From Candidatus Berkelbacteria bacterium (GTDB taxonomy: Bacteria > Patescibacteriota > UBA1384 > 2-12-FULL-50-11), in NCBI GenBank assembly GCA_016432625.1, contig CP066697.1, positions 279,363 through 343,362 of the forward strand: a stretch of 64,000 nt of DNA, given 5' to 3'. Of this stretch, positions 19,302-26,581 are shown piece after piece. Each line of letters begins with the position of its first letter. Position 1 is the first letter of the stretch. The position numbers and the translations under genes were made by a program. The notes under the pieces were generated by a model. That model saw only the letters and a list, made by a program, of their open reading frames with translations. It was not told the DNA's origin and did not search any database.

Positions 19302-19610
19302 ATGGAAGAGCTTTTGGCTAGTTTTGACTTTCCGGAAGAGTTCTACATCGTCAGGCTTCTAGATTCCGAGGGCTACGGCCGTACCAATTACTGGGGACTA
19401 CCAGCCATTCTTTGTTTTCAGTTGAAAGATGATGCAGAGAACTTCGCCCGAAGGATGAACCGGGGCAACGAGATCTTGGTGGTCTCGCTCGATTTTGCCA
19501 GGGATCTGGCACTGTCAAGTCACGTGTACCGCTACCTCGTTCTCTACCAGCCTGAGACGCCGGAAGAAGAGTATCCGGCGATCTATGTTCCCGTTTCCAA
19601 AACAGGGTGA
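19302..19610 (+). CDS. Hypothetical protein, paralog of 18691-19044
   Basis: AAGGAG RBS; shared motifs. Confidence 0.75.
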   Translation: MEELLASFDFPEEFYIVRLLDSEGYGRTNYWGLPAILCFQLKDDAENFARRMNRGNEILVVSLDFARDLALSSHVYRYLVLYQPETPEEEYPAIYVPVSKTG

Positions 19611-19734
19611 CCAATGGCAAACCAGCCAAACGTCACCCACCTTTCCTCCAGCATGAAGCAATTCGTGCTTGGGGATGAGGGAAACCTCGAGACCTGTAAG
19701 TCCTGACCGCAAGGCAGGCTGGGTAAGGAAAGAA

Positions 19735-20151
19735 ATGGCAGACGAATGGGATGACATCCGCGGCGACATTCGCCAAGGACACGGTATCTTCTTTCGGTAC
19801 TTCTGGCTGTGGCTGATCATCTTGATCGGCTTGAGCTGGGGCGGGACCCTCGCCTACAAGGCTTGGATTCGTCCGACCGAAATCAACTTGGAGACGAAGG
19901 CGATTCGCCAGTCGATCCAGTATCAGGACACGGGCATCACCGCGATGCTCGAGAACGTCAAGGGTTACAAACGGCTCGAAACGGATATCCTGAAGTACGA
20001 AAGCGACCCGGCCAACGCCAAGCTCGTCGAGGGCATGCGCTCACAGCAGCGCTCGCTCTTGGACGACATCGAGACCACTGCCGATCGTATCGGCCGCGAC
20101 CGCGTGCCGGATTCGGTGCGCAGCTTCCTGGCAGCTCACGAGGGAGGGTAA
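19735..20151 (+). CDS. Single-TM helical protein, partner of the downstream lipoprotein
   Basis: N-terminal TM; RQSIQY and VP..VRSFL motifs. Confidence 0.75.
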   Translation: MADEWDDIRGDIRQGHGIFFRYFWLWLIILIGLSWGGTLAYKAWIRPTEINLETKAIRQSIQYQDTGITAMLENVKGYKRLETDILKYESDPANAKLVEGMRSQQRSLLDDIETTADRIGRDRVPDSVRSFLAAHEGG

Positions 20152-20158
20152 CGAGACA

Positions 20159-20746
20159 ATGAAAAACCTTTGCACGATCCTTTTGGTCACGGGCATTTTC
20201 TTCGTCTCGGGCTGTGGCTCGGATAACAAGGCAACCGCTGACACCCGTGAGCAGGTGGCTGTGAATAGGCAGCAGGAGATCTACGTGAAGAACCAGCCGA
20301 TCCCGGTCTTCGATTGGAGCCGGACGCGTGATCTTCTGATCCAATTCTACGTTGCCCAAAACGGGGCAGCGGCGACCTGGAGCTACATAACGCCCCAAAT
20401 GGGCGCGACTGTGCTGTTCGAAACACCGAGCCAGGGCTACCCGATCCCGATGGATACTCAGCTCACCAACCCGCTCCAAGCGGTTTGGGAAAGCAATAGC
20501 TATGGGTTGGGTGGACTTACACTCGCACAAGCGGAGCCTAACGGGGTCTTCACCTCGCCGAATACCGACGCGACAATCGTCATGGCGGTAAACGGCGACG
20601 GCACGCTCTCGCCGATCTACACCGAGCTCAAGGTGACCACGTTCCCATTCCCTGTCCGCTGGGATAAGGAGAAGGGGCAGTGGGTTCGGATCGAGGGCAA
20701 GGAGCCTTCTATCAAACTCATCCCCAAAGCGGGGAAGGGTGGATAG
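20159..20746 (+). CDS. Lipoprotein of unknown function
   Basis: FVSG-C lipobox; S.GYPIP..TQLTNP, QAEPNG.F.S motifs; GGAGG RBS. Confidence 0.8.
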   Translation: MKNLCTILLVTGIFFVSGCGSDNKATADTREQVAVNRQQEIYVKNQPIPVFDWSRTRDLLIQFYVAQNGAAATWSYITPQMGATVLFETPSQGYPIPMDTQLTNPLQAVWESNSYGLGGLTLAQAEPNGVFTSPNTDATIVMAVNGDGTLSPIYTELKVTTFPFPVRWDKEKGQWVRIEGKEPSIKLIPKAGKGG

Positions 20747-20846
20747 CGGTTCTTGCCTCTCACCCCTTCGGGTCAGTCCGGCGCAAGCCGGGTCTGGCCC
20801 ACCTTTCCCCGTTCACAATCAATTGTGGGCGGAGAGGAGGTTTGAT

Positions 20847-21122
20847 GTGTACTTCTTACTGTTCGCCGGGCTTTTCGTTGCCTTCTTCTCAGGCTTAGCA
20901 CTGCTGGTCACCCTTATCGTGTACAACTGGGGCATGTTTGGTGCGCGCAAGCGGTTTGGCCGGGAAGAGTTTTGGTCGACACTCGCCAGCGGAAACGATG
21001 ATTTCGACGATGTACGCGAAAATGCGATATGCATACCCGCAATCGCCGTTATCGCTGTCCTAGACCTCATACCCTGGCTCACGAGCAAGCTATTTCGCCG
21101 TCCCAACCAAAAGACGGCGTGA
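20847..21122 (+). CDS. Two-TM hypothetical protein
   Basis: AGGAGG then in-frame GTG. Confidence 0.65.
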   Translation: MYFLLFAGLFVAFFSGLALLVTLIVYNWGMFGARKRFGREEFWSTLASGNDDFDDVRENAICIPAIAVIAVLDLIPWLTSKLFRRPNQKTA

Positions 21123-21172
21123 GCTTCTCATTCGGCTGAAGCGTGTGCATACGCAAACGTTTCAGCCCCCAA

Positions 21173-21209
21173 CTGGATTCTTGACCAGCAGGTCGAGGGT
21201 TCTGAGGGA
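21173..21209 (+). repeat. Direct repeat of an intergenic segment (second copy ~21955-21991)
   Basis: CTG(G/A)ATTCTTGACCAG(CA/AT)GGTCGAGGGTTCTGAGGGA. Confidence 0.85.
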
Positions 21210-21228
21210 AACCTTAAGGAGAGAAGAA

Positions 21229-21525
21229 ATGGAAACCCTAAGCAACCTGCTAGGAGTTTTGTTGTTTTGGACTGTCATATCCTTCGGCTTTGCGTCCTTC
21301 GCCCGAGCATCCATGCCGGAGCGTGGGGACAACATGTTCGAGTGGTTTCGACGTATGTGCTTCGGACTTGAGCCAAATGACGGACCGATTTGGCTGGTAG
21401 TTGTCGCTCTGACGCTGCCAACCACTATACTGATCGGGATTTGGGAGTGGGTAGTTTATCCACCTGTTTCCCGAGCAAGTCGCAAGTTTCTTGAACGCAT
21501 CCAAGCCACAGGCAATGCGTCGTGA
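21229..21525 (+). CDS. Two-TM hypothetical protein
   Basis: AAGGAG RBS; two hydrophobic segments. Confidence 0.7.
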   Translation: METLSNLLGVLLFWTVISFGFASFARASMPERGDNMFEWFRRMCFGLEPNDGPIWLVVVALTLPTTILIGIWEWVVYPPVSRASRKFLERIQATGNAS

Positions 21526-21598
21526 CCCGGCTGACGGTACTCGTACCGTCAGCCATCGCTCCTTGACCGTCAGGTAACTGATGATCGGGGATACGAAC

Positions 21599-21913
21599 AT
21601 GTATAACAACATCGACTCACTAACTTGGTGGTGGACTGTAATACTGCCTAGTTGGGTAGTGGCGAATCTGGTGGTGTGGTTCCTCTTCTGTTTGCTCCAC
21701 GCCACAGCTGGTGGACCGGCTGACGGACTCATCCTGTTCTTGAAAAAGCCCTTTGAGAGCCTAGACGAGAACACAGACCGACTTCCTGAACGACTACTCA
21801 TCGTAGGATTCGTTCTATTTTTCCTACCGCTCTTCGTTGCCGTTCAGCTTTGTGTTCTGATTGCACGGCTTGCACGCTTTCTTTGGATTGTCGCTACCAT
21901 AAAACGTGCATAA
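21599..21913 (+). CDS. Two-TM hypothetical protein
   Basis: GGGGA upstream; two hydrophobic segments. Confidence 0.65.
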   Translation: MYNNIDSLTWWWTVILPSWVVANLVVWFLFCLLHATAGGPADGLILFLKKPFESLDENTDRLPERLLIVGFVLFFLPLFVAVQLCVLIARLARFLWIVATIKRA

Positions 21914-21999
21914 ACGCTCGCTTTGACTGACGGACACTCTCCGTCAGTCCCCGACTGAATTCTTGACCAGATGGTCGAGGGTTCTGAGGGAGGAACTAA

Positions 22000-22197
22000 T
22001 TGAAAGTGTTTGAATCGTTCATTTCTTGGCTTCTTCAAGCTTGGCTGACCGCCGCGTTTGAGCTCCACACCTTCAAGTGCGAGCAGTGTTTGAACGTTGA
22101 AATGGGGTTAACCGCTCCCGACAGCTTATGCCAGCGAGGCAAAGAGCTCAAAGCCGCGATCGGCGCGGAAGAAACCAACTGTGGGCAACCAAACTAG
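22000..22197 (+). CDS. Small putative Zn-binding protein
   Basis: GGAGG RBS and TTG start; H...CxxC...C motif. Confidence 0.6.
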   Translation: MKVFESFISWLLQAWLTAAFELHTFKCEQCLNVEMGLTAPDSLCQRGKELKAAIGAEETNCGQPN

Positions 22198-22365
22198 GAT
22201 TGCCCACCCAACTGAGTTTTCAAATCTTTGAAGACTTTGAGGGTTTGTCTGGCCGGATCCGCTCCGGACGCAACGGTATCAGATGAAGTAATTCATTTTG
22301 AAATTTGCCGTTGCACTACCGCCGGAGCGGTTTTGGCTGGACAACGGTTCAGCAGGAGTGAACGT

Positions 22366-22662
22366 ATGTTACAAGTCTGGGTGAATGCTCAACTTGTCCG
22401 CCGAGGCGCTGTAGAAAGCGATTCGGAGGGCATCGCCTACTGCCGTTTCCGCTCTAAAGACGGAGACGTGGTGGCCACTTTCAACGAACGCAAGATTCAG
22501 GAAGAGGGCGGCAACGTCCTCATACCAGGAGCTTGCGACGACCTGATCGGCGAAAATGGCTTCATCGCCGTTAAGCCTGACTACGAGCCGTTTCTTTGGG
22601 GGGTTCACGGCCGCCCGAGAGAAACCGTATTGGTTCCGACAGCTGAGGTGATCTCAAGGTGA
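22366..22662 (+). CDS. Hypothetical protein
   Basis: AGGAG RBS; stop overlaps next start (GTGA). Confidence 0.6.
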   Translation: MLQVWVNAQLVRRGAVESDSEGIAYCRFRSKDGDVVATFNERKIQEEGGNVLIPGACDDLIGENGFIAVKPDYEPFLWGVHGRPRETVLVPTAEVISR

Positions 22663-23321
22663 AAAGCCTGACGATCGCCGTATCGCTTATCGTTGCTGCA
22701 ACGGGTTTGATCTTGGCGCTTATGCCGCTGATCTACCCAGGGCAACTTTACCTGATCGAAATCGGCGGCAGCATGGCCGTTGTCGCCGCAGCGTTGCTAA
22801 TTTGGGCAACACTTGTTCTGCGGGAGACTTGCTACTACGAGCTGAGGCTTGTTCGCGAGTCTGGCGGTGACATAGAGGGTTGCCTGGATGTCATGAGCCA
22901 CGACGGGCGAACATTCGTCAGTATCGGGGACATCTACCACCTGATCGATCAGTTCAACGACTCAGCGAACGGCAGCACTCACCTTAAGGTTGAGCGCCGG
23001 CAGATCTCAGCAGACAAGGCTAGTTCGCTTTGCGAACTGTCCTTTGAGGAAGTCTGGGGGATTGAGCCGCTCGAAGCCGAGCTGCTCCTCTTTGCCACGA
23101 CGCAAAGCCAAGGCGCTACGCTTCGTTACGAGGAGATGCCTGAGTTCAAGCTGGCTCTGGTTCACTACCGCTCGGAAATCCTGGCGATGGAAACCACGGA
23201 GTTCGACGGACTTCTGGCTGTCGTCAAGGGTTTGGCCGACAACCACAAGTTCATACGGCTACAAACTAGCCTGCGAACAACGGCGGCCAGTTATGAGGTG
23301 TTCGATGGAATACGCTCATAA
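22659..23321 (+). CDS. Hypothetical protein with two N-terminal TM helices
   Basis: 220 aa ORF; GAGGTG upstream. Confidence 0.7.
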   Translation: MKSLTIAVSLIVAATGLILALMPLIYPGQLYLIEIGGSMAVVAAALLIWATLVLRETCYYELRLVRESGGDIEGCLDVMSHDGRTFVSIGDIYHLIDQFNDSANGSTHLKVERRQISADKASSLCELSFEEVWGIEPLEAELLLFATTQSQGATLRYEEMPEFKLALVHYRSEILAMETTEFDGLLAVVKGLADNHKFIRLQTSLRTTAASYEVFDGIRS

Positions 23322-23418
23322 TCACGACCACAACCTGGAGGCGCACGAATGAGAGTAATCTCACCCGTGCGCCCACCAACTGCCCGACAAGCTACCGCTT
23401 GAAAGGCTGAGGTTAAAC

Positions 23419-23874
23419 GTGAATAGACCCACATTAGTGCCACTCGTACTCGGGTTTATTTTCGGGTACCTACTTTTCAACACTGGTTTCTTCGGAGGTC
23501 CGTGTGTATTGCCACTGCTCTTGTTGATCGCACTCTACTCGCGAGGTATAGCCAGGATGCGTGAAGCTCATCGCTGGGCTGACATGCAGGCTATTCCCGC
23601 GGGCGACTGGTTGGTGCAGCTAAACATCTTCACCAACATTGGTTGCCAGAAGCATGAGCATCAAGTCCGTGGTGAGTTCAGGAGGCTCATACCCTTCATC
23701 GGCATTCGTTCGCCCGAAGAGGTAGAGCGGATTCGTCAGATGGTGGCGGATGCTTCGGAGGGTGGCTACGACTGGGTCACACTCTACAACCCTCCGGGAT
23801 TACCAAAACAGTTCGAACATCAGGCAACCTCGACGATTACTATCAGGTATTCGCCGTTGGAGGCCCCATCATAA
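23419..23874 (+). CDS. Hypothetical membrane protein
   Basis: GAGG RBS; hydrophobic N-terminus. Confidence 0.65.
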   Translation: MNRPTLVPLVLGFIFGYLLFNTGFFGGPCVLPLLLLIALYSRGIARMREAHRWADMQAIPAGDWLVQLNIFTNIGCQKHEHQVRGEFRRLIPFIGIRSPEEVERIRQMVADASEGGYDWVTLYNPPGLPKQFEHQATSTITIRYSPLEAPS

Positions 23875-23946
23875 GGCGCACGGAACATCTTGTGCGCCCA
23901 CTTCCCCACCGCCTGCGTACAATGCGGACGGTGAGGAGAGTGAAGA

Positions 23947-24180
23947 ATGTATCGCAACATAAGGGGATCATCAGAATTCAAAGTTGGGTGCGTAGTACTG
24001 TTCGCCATGATCGTGCTCGCGATAATGATGATTCCCATAAAGAAACAACGTGACTGGCTAATGCTGTCCTGGATGGTAGCCGCTTGGGCGACCCTCTTTT
24101 TTATTCCCTGGCTCAGATATATTCGCCGGGAAAGAGAGCTTGAAGCACAGAAAAGGTTGAAAGAAAATCAAGCGCCTTGA
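23947..24180 (+). CDS. Two-TM small protein
   Basis: GAGGAG RBS. Confidence 0.65.
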   Translation: MYRNIRGSSEFKVGCVVLFAMIVLAIMMIPIKKQRDWLMLSWMVAAWATLFFIPWLRYIRRERELEAQKRLKENQAP

Positions 24181-24263
24181 CCTTTCGCAAAAGCGCCGAG
24201 TGAAACATCTCGGCGCACCCCCTCTCGTTTCGAACTTCGGTTCAAACGTGGAGGTAGGTGAAT

Positions 24264-24887
24264 ATGAACCGGCTCACAGTAATACTTCATGCCGGTTTAG
24301 TTCGGCTACTGAAGATCGTCGTTTGGCCAGTACTTCGGTACTTTGGCCCCGTCACGTGTGTTAAAGGGGCTACGCTTCCAAAAAAGGGAGGAGTCCTGAT
24401 TGTTGCCAACCACGAAAGCGTCGCCGATCCAGTCGTCGTGCAGTACACCTGCGCGCGACCGATCTGCTTCATGGCAAAAGCGGAGCTTTTCAAGCGCCCA
24501 GTGCTAAGTTTCGTGATTCGGCTGTTTCGCACGTTCATCGTCGAACCCAACACCTCAGATATCAGAGCAATTAGGCAAGCCATCGACTTACTGAAAGCTG
24601 GTGAGGTGGTGTTGGTCTTTCCGGAAGGTAAGATTAACGGCGAAAGTGGGGCTTTGCTTGGATTTCGCAAGGGCGTCGGGCTCATCGCCCGAAAGTCTGG
24701 GGCGACGGTGATTCCATGTGCCATTAGGCACTCCCGCCGCGTCTGGGCAAAGCCATCTTGGATACCAACTGGCCGTCACCAGATGACGGTCATCTGGGGC
24801 AAGGCGTATCGGTTCCGAGTCAGTGATGACAACGAAACAATTGCCACCGAACTTCGACAAGAAGTTTCTGCCCTCCTTGGGCGATAG
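24264..24887 (+). CDS. plsC: 1-acyl-sn-glycerol-3-phosphate acyltransferase (PlsC/LPLAT family)
   Basis: NHESVAD (HX4D), FMAKAELF, VFPEG motifs. Confidence 0.9.
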   Translation: MNRLTVILHAGLVRLLKIVVWPVLRYFGPVTCVKGATLPKKGGVLIVANHESVADPVVVQYTCARPICFMAKAELFKRPVLSFVIRLFRTFIVEPNTSDIRAIRQAIDLLKAGEVVLVFPEGKINGESGALLGFRKGVGLIARKSGATVIPCAIRHSRRVWAKPSWIPTGRHQMTVIWGKAYRFRVSDDNETIATELRQEVSALLGR

Positions 24888-24957
24888 GCCTCGAGCCTCT
24901 CGCCCCGCTTCCTCTCGTCTTTGCGACCACTACGGTCGTAGGCGGGGAGGAGAGTGA

Positions 24958-25203
24958 ATGTTTATCGGTGATCGAATCGACAAGATCTGCCAACTTGTCG
25001 CCCTTCTAGGGGTTCTTTTCTGCGTCGGCTCTATGTGGGTCTTCGCTCGTCTGGATAAACCGGTTACTTGGGCTTATTACTCAATGTTAGGCCTTGTTGT
25101 AACATTGGTTGCCCTCACGGTTATTCTCTTTCGGGGAAAACGCTATCAGAAGATGTGGCAGAAAGCCCGATGCATGTTCCTGAAGGAGTGGCCCGATGAC
25201 TAA
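24958..25203 (+). CDS. Two-TM small protein
   Basis: GGAGGAG RBS. Confidence 0.65.
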   Translation: MFIGDRIDKICQLVALLGVLFCVGSMWVFARLDKPVTWAYYSMLGLVVTLVALTVILFRGKRYQKMWQKARCMFLKEWPDD

Positions 25204-25463
25204 CATGTCCGTTATCCGGCGCAGCGACTTGCACCCGCTGCGCCCGCTTCCTGACCGCCCGTGAAGAACACGGACGGCGAGGTAGGTGATTAATGTCGAC
25301 AAGTGGAAAATGCCTCATGCTGGGATCGATTGTCCTTGGTTCGATTGCCGGCACCCAGCTACACAGTTTCTGGGTAGGTTTGGGCGTCTGGTTCGGGCTG
25401 GCGATATACGGCTCGGCATTCTTGGTCGCTCAGAACAAAGGGGAAACAAGTTGAGAATCCGCG

Positions 25464-25495
25464 AAGCGCCGGGCTTAAAAACCCCGGCGCTTTTT
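25464..25495 (+). terminator. Intrinsic terminator
   Basis: AAGCGCCGGG-loop-CCCGGCGCTTTTT. Confidence 0.75.
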
Positions 25496-25548
25496 GCGTT
25501 TTAAAAAGGTGTAAAATACTTTCATCTGAAACGAGCAGGAGGTGAAAG

Positions 25549-25833
25549 ATGAGCTCGGGCAGTGTTCCTCAAAGCGGCCAGTCCAAAAGTAACCGGCCGA
25601 ATGACTATCAAAGTCTTGGTGGGGCAGGGAACTTCTTCCTTGAGCCCGACGAGGTTTATGGAACTGCACCGGACTATGCCAGTTATCTCAAGGTCATTGG
25701 TCTGATCTTGGGCGAATCGGGCATCGTTTACGGTCTCTACCGGTTCGGCAGTCCGTTGGCGTTAGTGGTTCTCGTCGCCATAATCTTTTTGGCGATCTTA
25801 GCCTACGGCGTTAATAGGGTGCTGTTTGAATAG
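25549..25833 (+). CDS. Two-TM small protein
   Basis: AGGAGGTG RBS. Confidence 0.7.
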   Translation: MSSGSVPQSGQSKSNRPNDYQSLGGAGNFFLEPDEVYGTAPDYASYLKVIGLILGESGIVYGLYRFGSPLALVVLVAIIFLAILAYGVNRVLFE

Positions 25834-25888
25834 CGGCTGGACGATTTCCAAAGATGTCGGGTCAAACTCGGCAAAGGAGGTGGGTCTA

Positions 25889-26140
25889 ATGGTGATCCAA
25901 GAGAAACCTCGAAACGACGAGTGGCGTGAGCGTTACGCTCACCCGCATCAGACGCGCTTGAGCCGTGTGGCTGAGGAAATACGGTTAATACCCGTGGTTC
26001 TCGGTCTGGCGATTGGTGGACTGGTGCTTGTTGGTCTGTCGGTTGGCTTCTCCGCGCCAATATATGCCGGAATTATTCTGTTCTCATTCGGAATACTGGC
26101 GGAATGGCTGCTGGGCAGACACTATGACTACACGTCTTGA
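25889..26140 (+). CDS. Two-TM small protein
   Basis: AAGGAGGT RBS; GGGGCGGC-TTCG-GCCGCCCC hairpin after stop. Confidence 0.7.
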   Translation: MVIQEKPRNDEWRERYAHPHQTRLSRVAEEIRLIPVVLGLAIGGLVLVGLSVGFSAPIYAGIILFSFGILAEWLLGRHYDYTS

Positions 26141-26276
26141 AACTAGGACGTGGCTCGGGGCGGCTTCGGCCGCCCCAATTCTATATAAAAATGTTGCGCT
26201 GACTTGACGCATAGGCATACACTATTACTGAGTTGATCTCGGCAACCGTCGAGGTGGCTTGCATCGGAGGGAAAAC

Positions 26277-26381
26277 ATGAAGAAACTCTATCGTTTCCGG
26301 TCGCACGCGACGCACAAGCAGCACAGACGTCTACTGCATATGCTCGCCGCGAGCTTCATCGGCCGGGTGGCCTGGGGGTAG
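26277..26381 (+). CDS. His/Arg-rich peptide (34 aa)
   Basis: Own translation MKKLYRFRSHATHKQHRRLLHMLAASFIGRVAWG; GGAGG RBS; hairpin at ~26409-26433. Confidence 0.6.
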   Translation: MKKLYRFRSHATHKQHRRLLHMLAASFIGRVAWG

Positions 26382-26452
26382 GCCGACGCAATCCTTCGAC
26401 ATCAAGTACGGCCCGGGTTTCTAACCCGGGCCGCTTGCTTAATATAAATATC

Positions 26453-26581
26453 GAAAATGGTGCGAATCTAACCCAAAGCAGGTTATTCGCCCATTTTCAT
26501 CCGTAACCCCGTAGGGAGCGTGTCGGGGATGGGGTTGTAGGGGTAAGGGGGTGACTTCGCAATGAACCCCTTTACCCCTAC
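26453..26581 (+). repeat. Right terminal element of island (bulged hairpin, linker, REP-like hairpin)
   Basis: 26494-26581 is an inverted copy of 15187-15273; it contains the uvrA TAG stop. Confidence 0.92.

Larger units (their letters stand above)
15187..26581 (+). mobile_element. Inverted-repeat-bounded genomic island of small co-oriented ORFs
   Basis: Terminal IRs; all ORFs on + while flanking uvr genes are on -; no mobility gene inside. Confidence 0.7.

Noticed and set aside
16076-21991. CRISPR array
   Set aside because: Repeats are non-identical and separated by whole ORFs, and there is no cas operon. The Cas4-like nuclease at 9186-9932 is solitary.
25196-25504. Tiny ORFs 25196-25264 and 25286-25504
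   Set aside because: Weak support; the second runs through the terminator hairpin. Left uncalled.
15867-26381. Canonical integron or CALIN
   Set aside because: No IntI-like gene in the window. The intergenic hairpins are ~25-37 nt and lack the RYYYAAC...GTTRRRY boxes and length of attC sites.
15187-26581. Prophage
   Set aside because: No recognisable integrase, terminase, capsid, tail or replication genes, and the ends are inverted repeats. A remnant cannot be fully excluded.
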